From an uncultured Chloroflexia bacterium (GTDB taxonomy: Bacteria; Chloroflexota; Limnocylindria; Limnocylindrales; CSP1-4), in contig CAVYBU010000007.1 of the NCBI GenBank assembly GCA_963766735.1, forward strand, positions 352,001 to 416,000: a stretch of DNA of 64,000 bases, written 5' to 3'. The position numbers and the translations under genes were made by a program. Shown here in pieces: positions 26,425-36,389 of this stretch. The notes beneath the pieces were generated by a model. It made no database searches. It saw nothing but the letters and a program-made list of their open reading frames with translations, and was not told the DNA's origin. Within the stretch, counting starts at the first letter, position 1. Each line of letters opens with the position of its first letter.

Positions 26425-26729
26425 GCCGGCGCCACGGACGAGCGATGTGGGCCTCCGGCGCGGTGGATGCTCGTCCAGGCCATGCCGGCCGCGTGTCGCG
26501 GGCGCCCGTTGCGGACGGGGCGGGCCGGCGCGATGGTGAGCGAGCGCCACGGCGCGCGCAGCGCGGTCAGCGGCCCCACATCCGGACGGAGGAGCACGGT
26601 GCGGCGCGGCGAGGCGGCCACGAAGACGGATCCGGGGTGCAGGCCGAGTCGCCGCTCGCGGGCCCTGGCCGACGGGTGGTTGTAGCGTGCCGGCCATGCC
26701 GCGTACCGGGCGGCGATGCTGTGCTGCAT
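26412..26729 (-). CDS. hypothetical Arg/Pro/Ala-rich protein (105 aa), leaderless
   Basis: ATG 6 nt after TACGAT (26736-26741); third codon positions almost all G/C by inspection; the stop overlaps the NUDIX start region. Confidence 0.55.
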   Translation of the reverse strand: MQHSIAARYAAWPARYNHPSARARERRLGLHPGSVFVAASPRRTVLLRPDVGPLTALRAPWRSLTIAPARPVRNGRPRHAAGMAWTSIHRAGGPHRSSVAPAWPA

Positions 26730-26746
26730 GACCGCATCGTACCGCG

Positions 26747-27808
26747 TCACGGGCTCCCCGCAAGTGCGGTACGGAGGCGTTCGGACGCTTCCGGTGACAG
26801 GGCGCCCCGCTCGATCGCGATGGCGACCGACCGGTCGACCAGGGCCCGGTACACGGGCAACGCCTCAGGGGCGCTCGCCGCCAGCGCCTCGAGGTGCATG
26901 CCCACGGTGCCCGCATCGCCGCGGATCGCCGGGCCGGTGAGCGCGGCCGCGATCCCGAGCGCACGCGCGTTGGCCACGGTCTGCTCCAGGAGCGGCAGGT
27001 AGATCCCGAGGGCGCCCGCCTCGTCCAGGCCCATGACCGCGGCCACCTCACGGATCGTGTCCAGGAGCGCGATGACGCCACCGGCCGCCAGGACGGCCGC
27101 TGCGTGGTAGGCGGCCTTGGAGCCGGTGGCCAGGCGAACCGGCACCCCGCCGATGGCCTCCGCCATGTCCGCGAGGTGCGCGACCAGCTCGTCGTCGCCC
27201 TCGATCGCGATCGTCGCGCCAGGGATGGCCGCGAGCGCCCGGTCCAGGTCGGCGAACGCCACCAGCGGGTGGAACGCCCCGGCCTGTGTCCCGGCCGCCA
27301 TCGCCGGCCGGAGCACCTCGGCGCCCAGCAGGCCGCTCGTGTGGATCATCGCCTGGCCCGCGTACATGCGCAGGGACGCAGCGAGCGACGGCAGGACGTC
27401 GTCCGGCACCGCGAGGATGACCAGCTCCACGTCGTCCAGCAGCGCTTCGGGCTCCGCGAACGCACGGACCTCCGGGACGTGCTCCCGGAATCGTTCGCGG
27501 CGGGCGAGGTCCCGCGACGCAACCGCGCCCACCGGCCAGCCGGCGCGGTGCAGCGCGACGCCGAGGGCCAGGCCCACGGCCCCGGCGCCGACGATCCCGG
27601 TGACCGGGCGTTCGCCGGGCGTCGAGTGCACGTGCGGGTGATCGTGATCGCTCTCGTGTTCGAGGTCCCCGTGTCGGTGCCGCCCGGGCACCGGGGGATC
27701 CAGGGCGATCCCCTCCTCCTCGATCTCCGCGAGCGTCTCCTCGTGGCTGGCGGCCCGTCGCTCGGCTGCGCGGAGGGCCGCGGCCTCGGCCTCGTCCCAG
27801 GCTCTCAT
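26747..27808 (-). CDS. Rossmann-like + DUF2520 oxidoreductase (PanG-like ketopantoate reductase family)
   Basis: GIVGAGAVG, ILAVPDD, HTSG, FHPL, YHAAAVLA, ALTGPAIRGDAGTV..HL. Confidence 0.85.
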   Translation of the reverse strand: MRAWDEAEAAALRAAERRAASHEETLAEIEEEGIALDPPVPGRHRHGDLEHESDHDHPHVHSTPGERPVTGIVGAGAVGLALGVALHRAGWPVGAVASRDLARRERFREHVPEVRAFAEPEALLDDVELVILAVPDDVLPSLAASLRMYAGQAMIHTSGLLGAEVLRPAMAAGTQAGAFHPLVAFADLDRALAAIPGATIAIEGDDELVAHLADMAEAIGGVPVRLATGSKAAYHAAAVLAAGGVIALLDTIREVAAVMGLDEAGALGIYLPLLEQTVANARALGIAAALTGPAIRGDAGTVGMHLEALAASAPEALPVYRALVDRSVAIAIERGALSPEASERLRTALAGSP

Positions 27809-27855
27809 CGGACGGGCTCGCAACCCGGGAAACGGCTCTTGTTGTACATTTGCAC
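27805..27855 (-). CDS. putative 16-aa leader peptide MQMYNKSRFPGCEPVR
   Basis: GTG 6 nt after TACACT (27862-27867); its TGA overlaps the ATG of the DUF2520 gene (ATGA). Confidence 0.35.
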   Translation of the reverse strand: MQMYNKSRFPGCEPVR

Positions 27856-27924
27856 CCGACGAGTGTAGCGAGCGGTCAGAGGGCGCACCCTCATCGCCCG
27901 ATCCCCATAGTGGAGATTGAGCAC

Positions 27925-30600
27925 ATGACCACGCCCAGCGCATTCGGCGCCCGCTCCCCCCTCGGCGCCGGCCTCCCCGACCACTACCGGCTATCCGTCC
28001 TCACCACGTCCGGACTCGAGCTGGGCGTGGACCTCGGCCGGGCGCCGATGACCCTCAAGATCCTGCTGGAGAACGTGCTCCGCCACGCTGGCGATGGCAT
28101 CGTGCGGGAGGAGGACGTCGCAACCCTCGCGGCGTGGCGACCGGGCGCGGGGGGCGAGGCCGAGGTGCCGTTCATGCCCGGCCGTGTCGTGCTCCAGGAC
28201 TTCACCGGCGTGCCGGCGGTGGTGGACCTGGCGGCGATGCGCGACGCGATGGCAGGGCTCGGCGGCGATCCCGCGCGGGTGAACCCTCTCGTGCCCGCGG
28301 ATCTCATCATCGACCACTCGGTCCAGATCGACGCATGGGGCGGCCCCGGTGCGTTGGCGTTCAACATGGAGCGCGAGTACGAGCGCAACGGCGAGCGCTA
28401 CCAGCTGCTGCGCTGGGCCCAGACGGCATTCCGGGACCTGCGGGTGGTCCCGCCGGGGACGGGCATCATCCACCAGGTCAACCTCGAGCACCTGGCCACG
28501 GTCGTGGCGGACCGCACGGACGACGGCGGGCGGGTCGCCTTCCCGGACACCCTCGTCGGGACGGATTCCCACACCACGATGATCAACGGGCTCGGCGTCC
28601 TGGGCTACGGCGTGGGCGGGATCGAGGCCGAGGCCGTGCTGCTCGGCCAGCCGCTGTACCAGCCGATGCCGCGGATCGTGGGCGTGCGCCTGCACGGCGA
28701 GCTGCCCAGGGCCGCGACCGCCACCGACCTCGTGCTCGTCATCACCGAGATGCTGCGCGCGTTCGGCGTGGTCGGGTCGTTCGTGGAGTTCGCCGGGGAC
28801 GGCCTCGCCGGGTTGTCGCTGGCGGACCGGGCCACGATCTCGAACATGAGCCCGGAGTTCGGGGCAACCTCCACGCTCTTCCCCATCGACGACGAGACGC
28901 TCGCCTACCTCCGTCTCACGGGCCGCCCGGCGGAACGCGTGGCCCTCGTGGAGCGCTATGCGAAGGCCCAGGGCCTGTGGCGCGAGCCCGGCCACGGGCC
29001 GGAGTTCGACGTCGCCCTCGAGCTGGACCTCGGCACCGTGGAGCCCTCGCTCGCGGGGCCGCGGCGCCCGCAGGACCGCGTCGGCCTCGCCGGCGTCGGC
29101 GACAACTTCCGCGCGGCGTACCCGGATACCGTCGGCACGACGCCGGTTGTCGTCGAGACGGCCAGCGGTCCCGCGCAGGTCGGCCACGGGACCGTGACCA
29201 TCGCCGCCATCACCTCCTGCACCAACACATCGAACCCGATGGTCATGGTGGGTGCCGGCCTCCTGGCGCGGAACGCCGTCGCCCGTGGGCTGTCCGTCTC
29301 CCCCGTCGTGAAGACCTCGCTGGCCCCGGGCTCCAGGGCCGTCACCGGCTACCTCGAGCGGGCAGGTCTCATCGAGCCGCTCGCGGACCTCGGCTTCGCC
29401 CTGGCCGGCTACGGCTGCACGACCTGCATCGGCAACTCGGGTCCCCTCGACGAGCCCGTGGCGCAGGCGATCGACTCCGGCGAGCTCGTGGTGGCGGCCG
29501 TGCTGTCAGGCAATCGCAACTTCGAGGGACGGGTCCACGCGCTCGTCCGGGCCGCCTACCTCGCCTCGCCGCCCCTCGTGGTGGCGTTCGCCCTGGCCGG
29601 CCGCGTTGACATTGACCTCACGACCCAGCCTCTTGGCACCGACTCCGACGGGTCGCCGGTCATGCTGTCCGAGATCTGGCCGACGCCGGAGGAGGTGCGG
29701 CAGGTCGTGGGCGACACGATCGACGCGGAGCTCTTCCGGGCCACGTACGCCTCGGTGTTCGACGGCGACGAGCGCTGGCAGGCGATCGAGGTCCCGGACG
29801 GCGACCGCTACGCCTGGGAGGCCGCCTCGACCTATATCGCGAACCCGCCCTTCTTCCAGGGGCTCACCGCGGAACCCGAACCCCTGGTCGACATCGAGGG
29901 CGCCCGTGTCCTGGCGCTGCTCGGCGACTCCGTCACGACGGACCACATCAGCCCAGCGGGCTCGATCGCCGCCTGGTCGCCGGCCGGACGGTGGCTGCAG
30001 GAGCAGGGCGTCGCACCGCTCGACTTCAACTCGTACGGAGCCCGTCGCGGGCACCACGAGGTGATGATGCGGGGGACCTTCGGCAACATCCGGCTCCGCA
30101 ACAGGCTGGTCGAGGGCAAGGAGGGGCCGTACACGGTCCACCTGCCCGACGGCGAGCAGACCTTCATCTACGACGCGGCGATGCGCTACCGGGACGATGG
30201 TGTCCCGCTCGTGATCGTTGCGGGCCGCGAGTACGGCTCCGGTTCCTCGCGCGACTGGGCGGCCAAGGGAACCGCGCTCCTGGGGGTTCGCGCCGTGATC
30301 GCCGAGAGCTACGAGCGGATCCACCGCTCCAACCTCGTCGGGATGGGCGTGCTGCCGCTCCAGTTCCTGCCGGGCGAGAGCGCCTCGTCGCTGGGACTCA
30401 CCGGACGGGAGGCCCTCACGATCACGGGGCTCTCGGACATCTCGCCACGCCAGGTCGTGACCATCCTGGCGCGCTCGGATGAAGACGCATCGGAACGGAC
30501 ATTCCGGGCGATCGCCCGCCTGGACGGCCCGATCGACGTGGAGTACCTGCGCCAGGGCGGCATCCTGCCGGCAGTGCTTCGGCGGCTGGCCGCGGGCTGA
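27925..30600 (+). CDS. acnA: aconitate hydratase A
   Basis: LQDFTGVPAVVDLAAMR, DHSVQ, GIIHQVNLE, GTDSHT, AITSCTNTSNP, GCTTCIGNSG, TTDHISPAG, GSSRDWAAKG. Confidence 0.97.
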   Translation: MTTPSAFGARSPLGAGLPDHYRLSVLTTSGLELGVDLGRAPMTLKILLENVLRHAGDGIVREEDVATLAAWRPGAGGEAEVPFMPGRVVLQDFTGVPAVVDLAAMRDAMAGLGGDPARVNPLVPADLIIDHSVQIDAWGGPGALAFNMEREYERNGERYQLLRWAQTAFRDLRVVPPGTGIIHQVNLEHLATVVADRTDDGGRVAFPDTLVGTDSHTTMINGLGVLGYGVGGIEAEAVLLGQPLYQPMPRIVGVRLHGELPRAATATDLVLVITEMLRAFGVVGSFVEFAGDGLAGLSLADRATISNMSPEFGATSTLFPIDDETLAYLRLTGRPAERVALVERYAKAQGLWREPGHGPEFDVALELDLGTVEPSLAGPRRPQDRVGLAGVGDNFRAAYPDTVGTTPVVVETASGPAQVGHGTVTIAAITSCTNTSNPMVMVGAGLLARNAVARGLSVSPVVKTSLAPGSRAVTGYLERAGLIEPLADLGFALAGYGCTTCIGNSGPLDEPVAQAIDSGELVVAAVLSGNRNFEGRVHALVRAAYLASPPLVVAFALAGRVDIDLTTQPLGTDSDGSPVMLSEIWPTPEEVRQVVGDTIDAELFRATYASVFDGDERWQAIEVPDGDRYAWEAASTYIANPPFFQGLTAEPEPLVDIEGARVLALLGDSVTTDHISPAGSIAAWSPAGRWLQEQGVAPLDFNSYGARRGHHEVMMRGTFGNIRLRNRLVEGKEGPYTVHLPDGEQTFIYDAAMRYRDDGVPLVIVAGREYGSGSSRDWAAKGTALLGVRAVIAESYERIHRSNLVGMGVLPLQFLPGESASSLGLTGREALTITGLSDISPRQVVTILARSDEDASERTFRAIARLDGPIDVEYLRQGGILPAVLRRLAAG

Positions 30601-30667
30601 CAGATCTGGCGGGCCATGGCGGCGGGGCGGCCACGGCGGCCATCCACGATCGCGAGTTCCCAGACGC

Positions 30668-30702
30668 CGAGAGGCCCCTCGACGAACGCGAGGGGCCTCT
30701 CG
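30668..30702. terminator. hairpin between convergent acnA and MFS genes
   Basis: CGAGAGGCCCCTCG-ACGAACG-CGAGGGGCCTCTCG, perfect 14-bp stem. Confidence 0.65.
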
Positions 30703-30757
30703 ATCTACGGTCCAACCTCGTCAGGCGGGGAGGAGGTCCGCTGGGCGAGGAGGTTGC

Positions 30758-31948
30758 TCATCCATGCGACGCGCGGGTTCCGGCGAGTGTGACGCTCCGC
30801 CCGGCTCGCGCCATCCGAGCGGCCATGAAGATGAGCGCCGCGGCCGCAAAGGAGAACAGGGCGGCACCCAGGATGCCCACCGCCAGACCCGCGGTCTCGG
30901 ACAGCGGGCCCATGAGCGGCGGGTAGACGATCGACCCGACGATCGCCGCGGAGGCGAGGACGGAGCTCACCATGCTCGTCCGGTCGGGGTACAGGGACCC
31001 GCCGATCGCCATGATCATCGGGTACACGGGTCCGGCGGCCAGGCCCGCGATCGCGAAGCAGGCGATCGCGATCCAGACGGTCGGGGCCACCAGTGACGCG
31101 AGGATGGCGACGCCGAAGACGACCGACCAGGTCGCGGCGAGGACGACCGCTCCGAAGCGATCGGCGAGGTACGACGTGAGCAGTCGGCCGACGGCCACGC
31201 CGCCCCAGAACAGCGACAGGGCCAGGGTCGCAACCTCGATCGGGACGTCGTCCAGGTATCGGACCAGCCAGCCGGTGACGCCCATCTCCGTCGCCACGTA
31301 GCACCCGATCGCGATGGAGAGGAGCAGAACCGGCAGCGGCACGTGGCGCTTTGCCGGGAACGACACCGCGGCCCGCTGCGTCCCCGTCGCGGACTCGACC
31401 GGTCCATGCTGCGTCGGCGGCAGGCGCCGACTCAGCAGCGCCACGGCGATGATCGCAGCACCCGCGGCGGTCGCGGCAACCACCGACTGCCACGGAACGC
31501 CGGCGCCGACCATGCGCCCGATCGTGACCGGACCGGCGAGGGCGCCGACCGCGACCCACAGGTGCAACCTGTTCAGGGCCGCGGCCTGGCGTGTCGGGAA
31601 GAGGTCCATGAACACGGCGTTCATGCCGGAGTCGATGATCCCGAGGCCGAACCCGAACACGAGGAACCCGGCGAGGAAGACGCCCCAGGCACCGGCGGCC
31701 GCCATCACGGCCAGGCCGAGTGCGATGAGAACGGGGCTGCCACCCATGAGCAGGCGCCGGGGCAGGTGGGCAGCGAGCACACCCGACGAGATCGTGCCGC
31801 TCACCCACGCCAGGCTGAACAGGAGGTAGGCCAGCCCCATCGCGGCGTCCGACTTCGAATACTCGGCCTCGATGTCCCGGATGAGCGACGGGGCGAGGAG
31901 CATGCACCAGCCAACCAGGAAGAACGAGGCGTAGCCCGCCCAGACCAC
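30758..31948 (-). CDS. major facilitator superfamily transporter (FucP/TsgA-like)
   Basis: About 12 hydrophobic segments; GFGLGIIDSGMN, LNRLHLWVAVGALAGP, YVATE, GRLL, AGPVYP. Start uncertain. Confidence 0.85.
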   Translation of the reverse strand: MVWAGYASFFLVGWCMLLAPSLIRDIEAEYSKSDAAMGLAYLLFSLAWVSGTISSGVLAAHLPRRLLMGGSPVLIALGLAVMAAAGAWGVFLAGFLVFGFGLGIIDSGMNAVFMDLFPTRQAAALNRLHLWVAVGALAGPVTIGRMVGAGVPWQSVVAATAAGAAIIAVALLSRRLPPTQHGPVESATGTQRAAVSFPAKRHVPLPVLLLSIAIGCYVATEMGVTGWLVRYLDDVPIEVATLALSLFWGGVAVGRLLTSYLADRFGAVVLAATWSVVFGVAILASLVAPTVWIAIACFAIAGLAAGPVYPMIMAIGGSLYPDRTSMVSSVLASAAIVGSIVYPPLMGPLSETAGLAVGILGAALFSFAAAALIFMAARMARAGRSVTLAGTRASHG

Positions 31949-32068
31949 GCTCCGGGCGGGCCGAGGGCCACTGGCGGGCAGAGGACTACCGGCGGAGACC
32001 CGGTCGGAGGACTGCGTGATATCGACCTCGGAGCGGGCGGTCTGGCGGGACGGCCGGTGAGCGCGGAA

Positions 32069-32090
32069 GGCGGAGCCTGGCGGCTCCGCC
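32069..32090 (-). terminator. hairpin downstream of tRNA-Val
   Basis: GGCGGAGCC / GGCTCCGCC 9-bp stem just after the CCA end. Confidence 0.5.
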
Positions 32091-32103
32091 CTGGGTGGCG
32101 CGG

Positions 32104-32180
<77 letters not shown>

Positions 32181-32223
32181 TCGAAACGACTCGCATTCTA
32201 GCGTGGCCGGCGCGATCCGCGCG

Positions 32224-32490
32224 TCAGACCCTGATGCCCGGCCACCGCGCCACCAGGTGTTCGACCGGCAGGTCGTCCACCGCCACGAGCTTGGTCCGGG
32301 CGGTGGTTCCGGCCACCAGCCGGACGTTGCGCCGCGCCACACCCAGCTCGCCGGCGAGAAGCCGGACCAGCGCCTGGTTGGCGGCCCCATCCACGGCCGG
32401 CGCCGCCACCCGCACCCGCAGCACGCCTTCCACCACCCCGTCGACGCGATCCGCGCCGCCACGGGGCGTGAGGCGCACCGAGAAGCGCAC
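32224..32490 (-). CDS. DUF167 (YggU) family protein
   Basis: VRLTPRG, LRVRVAAPAVDGAANQALVRLLA, V.LVAGTTARTK; follows yggS. Confidence 0.88.
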   Translation of the reverse strand: MRFSVRLTPRGGADRVDGVVEGVLRVRVAAPAVDGAANQALVRLLAGELGVARRNVRLVAGTTARTKLVAVDDLPVEHLVARWPGIRV

Positions 32491-32510
32491 CTCCCCTGGG
32501 TCCGACCTGC

Positions 32511-33248
32511 TCAGGGGATCGTCCGCCCTGGCATGCCTCGCTCACCGAACAGCGCGCGGCCCACCCGGACCACCGTCGCGCCCTCCTCCACGGCCACCTC
32601 GTAGTCGTCGGTCATCCCCATGGAGAGCGCGGCTCCGAGGGCCGGGTGGACGGCCCGCAGCGAGACCGAGAGATCCCGCAGGGCCCGGAACGTGGGGCGC
32701 GCCGCCTCGGCTGTGTCCACGAGCCGCCCGATGGTCATCAGCCCGTCCACGCGCACGTTCGACAGGGCGAGTATCCCGGGCAGCACGGCCGCGACGGAAT
32801 CGGGCCGGAACCCCGCCTTGGCCGGATCGTCGCCCACGTTCACCTGGAGCAGGACCGGGAGAGGCCGCCCGGGGCGCACCTCGCCGGCGATCCGGTCCAG
32901 CCGTCGCGCCAGATCATCGGTATCAACGGTCTGGACCAGGTCGAACAGCTCGATCGCGCGCCGGGCCTTGTTGGCCTGGAGGGGACCGACGAGCTGCCAC
33001 GATGCGCCCGGCACCTCCGGGACCTTCGCGGCGGCCTCCTGGACGCGGTTCTCGCCCAGGACGTCCAGGCCCGCGGCCACGGCGGCCCGCACCCGGGCGG
33101 CAGGCACGGTCTTGGATACCGCGACGAGGCTGACGCCGGCGGGATCCCGTCCGACCCGCTCGGCTGCACCGGCGATCCGTGCCAGCACCTCATCCCGGGC
33201 GCGCCGGAACGCATCGACCTCGCGCGGGTCGAGAGCGGGATCGGTCAC
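32511..33248 (-). CDS. yggS: PLP homeostasis protein YggS/PLPBP
   Basis: LVAVSKT, GENRVQEA, GPLQANK, LQVN, GLMTI, LSMGMTDDYEVAVEEGATVVRVGRALFG. Confidence 0.95.
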   Translation of the reverse strand: MTDPALDPREVDAFRRARDEVLARIAGAAERVGRDPAGVSLVAVSKTVPAARVRAAVAAGLDVLGENRVQEAAAKVPEVPGASWQLVGPLQANKARRAIELFDLVQTVDTDDLARRLDRIAGEVRPGRPLPVLLQVNVGDDPAKAGFRPDSVAAVLPGILALSNVRVDGLMTIGRLVDTAEAARPTFRALRDLSVSLRAVHPALGAALSMGMTDDYEVAVEEGATVVRVGRALFGERGMPGRTIP

Positions 33249-33297
33249 TGGCAGCTCAGCCGGGCGCGCGTGAACTGGCGCTCACCCGGCGACGCGG

Positions 33298-34536
33298 CTA
33301 CTTGCGCCGAAGGAAGCTCGGGATCTCGAGATCGTCCGCGTCGTAGGAGGGGGTGCGGCGCGCGGCCGGCTCCCCGACGGATCGCTCGGGGCGAACCAGG
33401 GCGCCCACGCCCTCGTCCGGTGTCCGTGCCTTGGTGTCGGACTCTGATCGCTGGCGCTCCAGCTCCTCGAGGAAGTCCCGCGCCGGGATCGTGGCTCCGC
33501 CTGCGGCGAAGGCAGCGGCCGGACGCGAGCCCACGGCCGTCCCGACCCGCTCATCCGCCGCGACCCGGGAGGCCTCGGGGCGGCGCCGGCCGTCGAAGCC
33601 GGTGGCAATGACGGTGATCATGACCTCTTCGCCCAGACGCTCGTTGAAGCTGGTCCCGAAGATGATGTTCGCCTCGGGATCGGCTGCGGCGCGGATCTCC
33701 TCGGCGGCTTCGGTGACCTCCCACAGGGTGAGGCTCGAGGAGCCGGCGATGTTGAACAGGATCCCCTGCGCGCCGGAGATGTTGACCTCGAGCAGCGGGC
33801 TGGCCACGGCCTGGCGGGCAGCCTCGAGCGCCCGGTTGTCGCCGGCTGCGCGGCCGATGCCCATGAGCGCCGAGCCGGCGTCCTTCATGATCGTGCGCAC
33901 GTCGGCGAAGTCCAGGTTGATGAGCCCCGGCACCGTGATGATGTCGCTGATGCCGGCGACACCCTGCCGCAGGACGTCGTCCACGACGCGGAACGCATCG
34001 ACGATCGAGGTGTTCTTCTGCACGACGTCCCGGAGACGGTCGTTGGGGATGGTGATGAGCGTGTCGACCTTCGTCTTGAGGTCCTCGGCCGCCTTCTCCG
34101 CGATGAGCTTGCGCCGGCTGCCCTCGAAGCTGAACGGCTTGGTCACGACGCCGATGGTGAGGGCGCCCTGCTCCTTGGCGATCTCCGCCACGACCGGGGC
34201 CGCGCCGGAACCCGTCCCGCCGCCGAGGCCCGCCGTGATGAACACCATGTCCGAGTCCGCGAGGGCGTCCGCGATCTTGTCCCGGTCCTCGTCAGCCGCG
34301 CGCGCCCCGATGGAGGCATCACCGCCGGCCCCAAGGCCACGGGTGATCTTGTCGCCGATGCGGATCTTGTGCGGGGCATCCGACTGCAGCAGGGCCTGGG
34401 CGTCCGTGTTGCAGGCGATGAACTCGACGCCCATCATCTCGGCCCGGATCATCCGGTTGACCGCATTGCTGCCGCCGCCGCCGACGCCGATGACGCGGAT
34501 GAGGGCGAAGTTTTCGGAATCGGAACGCAGCGGCAT
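33298..34536 (-). CDS. ftsZ: cell division protein FtsZ
   Basis: [34 protein letters not shown]-terminal [10 protein letters not shown]; GGAGA RBS. Confidence 0.98.
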   Translation of the reverse strand: MPLRSDSENFALIRVIGVGGGGSNAVNRMIRAEMMGVEFIACNTDAQALLQSDAPHKIRIGDKITRGLGAGGDASIGARAADEDRDKIADALADSDMVFITAGLGGGTGSGAAPVVAEIAKEQGALTIGVVTKPFSFEGSRRKLIAEKAAEDLKTKVDTLITIPNDRLRDVVQKNTSIVDAFRVVDDVLRQGVAGISDIITVPGLINLDFADVRTIMKDAGSALMGIGRAAGDNRALEAARQAVASPLLEVNISGAQGILFNIAGSSSLTLWEVTEAAEEIRAAADPEANIIFGTSFNERLGEEVMITVIATGFDGRRRPEASRVAADERVGTAVGSRPAAAFAAGGATIPARDFLEELERQRSESDTKARTPDEGVGALVRPERSVGEPAARRTPSYDADDLEIPSFLRRK

Positions 34537-34650
34537 CGGCGCTCTCCTCGGCGGTTGTGAAGGCCTGGCGTAAGGACGGTCGGGGTCTCGGCCCGTGCAG
34601 CTCCGGTGTCGGTGGTCCGGCGCCGCGGCGGGTCTCACGGATGTGCGCGG

Positions 34651-34656
34651 AGTATA
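34651..34656 (-). promoter_or_regulatory. internal -10 box (TATACT) for ftsZ
   Basis: TATACT in the yjbQ-ftsZ gap, about 115 nt upstream of the ATG. Confidence 0.5.
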
Positions 34657-34712
34657 CCCATCAGATCGCGCTGCGGTCGTCCGCGTTTCGAGGATCTCGC
34701 CGGCGGGAACTG

Positions 34713-35126
34713 TCAGCCGGACAGAAAGCTGAGCCTGACGCGCCGCGTCGCGCTGTCCTCGTTGGGGTCCAGCAACGTGATCGACTGCCACGTCCCCAGC
34801 GTCAGTTGACCGTCGAGGACCGGCACCGTCAGCGATGGGGAGGCAAGGAGCGGCAGGACGTGATCCGCCCCGTGCCCGGGGGCGCCGTGGCGGTGCGACC
34901 AGTGGTCGTCCCGCGGCAGCAGCCTGTCGAGCGCCCGCGTCGCGTCGGCTTCGGAGCCCGCGCCAAGCTCCAGCACCACGAGACCCGCGGTGGAGTGCGG
35001 GATGAAGACCGACAGAAGGCCATCCCCGCCGCCGGAGGCATCCGCCGCGAACCGGGCGCAGGCCGGTGTCAGGTCCGTGAACCCGCGATCACGACCGGTG
35101 CGGACCTCCAGCTCCAGGGAGCGCAC
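34713..35126 (-). CDS. YjbQ/UPF0047 family protein
   Basis: [37 protein letters not shown]...D. Confidence 0.9.
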   Translation of the reverse strand: MRSLELEVRTGRDRGFTDLTPACARFAADASGGGDGLLSVFIPHSTAGLVVLELGAGSEADATRALDRLLPRDDHWSHRHGAPGHGADHVLPLLASPSLTVPVLDGQLTLGTWQSITLLDPNEDSATRRVRLSFLSG

Positions 35127-35139
35127 GACGACCCGCCGC

Positions 35140-36369
35140 CTACGGGAAGATGTTGCGGATGGCGTCCCGGAGCCGCCCGAAGCCGCCCCCGCCGGGAGCA
35201 GACTCGTACCGGAGCGGCTCGCCGACCACGATCTGCGCGGCGCCCCACCGCAGCAGACCAACGGCTGTGGCGTAGGGCGGTAGCTGGATCGTGTCCACCA
35301 GGCCGCCGATCGCCGCCGGACCGCTCACCCGCACCGGCATCTGGAAGACCTCCCGCCCCAGCTCGGCGGTCCCGGCCAGCTGAGCCGCGCCGCCGGTCAG
35401 GATGATCCCGGCCGGCAGCATCCCGTGGCCGCTGCGCGCCATCTCGCCGCGGAGCATCTCGAAGGTCTCGCGCATCCGCGCCTCGATGATCCGGCACAGC
35501 TCCTCCCGGCTCACCGTGCGACCCGCGTCATCGCCGATGACGGAGACGCTGATCTGCTCGTCCTCCATGTTGCGCAGGTCGCAGGTGCCGTGGCGGACCT
35601 TGAGCTCCTCGGCGACCTGGATGGTCGTCTTGACGCCGATCGCCACGTCGTTGGTGACGTTGTTGCCACCCACAGGCAGGACCGCGGTATGGAACGGTGA
35701 GCCATCGGCGAACAGCACGAGGTCGATGGTGCCCGCGCCGATGTCCGCCACGGCGACGCCCAGCTCCTTCTCCGTATCGCTGACCACCGCCTCCGCCGAG
35801 GCCAGCCCGTTGACCACCAGCTCATCGATCTTGACACCGGCCAGCCCCACGCACTTGGTCAGGTTCTGGACCGCCGTCGCCGACGCGGAGACGATGTGGG
35901 CCTCCACCTCGAGCCGCAGGGCGCTCATGCCCAGCGGGTCCTTGACCCCCTCCTGGCCGTCCACGGTGAACCCGCGGCGCTCCACGTGGAGAACGTCCCG
36001 GTTGTTGGGGATCGAGACGGCTCGGGCCACCTCGATCGCACGGTTGATGTCCTCGCGGGTGACCTCGCGGTGGTGCGCGGTCACGGCGACCTGGCCCGTG
36101 GAGTTGAGGCTCTCGACGTGTTGTCCGCCGACCCCCACGAACGCACGGTCGATCTTCCAGCCGGACAGCCGCTCGGCCCGTTCAACGGCGTCCGCGATCG
36201 AGCGTACGGACTGGTCGATGTTGACGACGACACCCTTCTTGAGCCCGGTCGTGGGCACGGTCCCGTGGCCCATGATCGTCAGGCGCCCATCCCGGCTGAC
36301 CTCGCCGATGAGCGCGCAGACCTTTGACGTGCCGACGTCGATGCCGACGAGGACCGCTTCCCGTTCCAC
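35140..36369 (-). CDS. ftsA: cell division protein FtsA
   Basis: GIDVGTSKV, GLKKGVVVNI, DIGAGT, AEELKVRHG, ILTGGAAQL. Confidence 0.97.
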   Translation of the reverse strand: MEREAVLVGIDVGTSKVCALIGEVSRDGRLTIMGHGTVPTTGLKKGVVVNIDQSVRSIADAVERAERLSGWKIDRAFVGVGGQHVESLNSTGQVAVTAHHREVTREDINRAIEVARAVSIPNNRDVLHVERRGFTVDGQEGVKDPLGMSALRLEVEAHIVSASATAVQNLTKCVGLAGVKIDELVVNGLASAEAVVSDTEKELGVAVADIGAGTIDLVLFADGSPFHTAVLPVGGNNVTNDVAIGVKTTIQVAEELKVRHGTCDLRNMEDEQISVSVIGDDAGRTVSREELCRIIEARMRETFEMLRGEMARSGHGMLPAGIILTGGAAQLAGTAELGREVFQMPVRVSGPAAIGGLVDTIQLPPYATAVGLLRWGAAQIVVGEPLRYESAPGGGGFGRLRDAIRNIFP

Positions 36370-36389
36370 CTGCCTGTCGTGCCTCGCTG

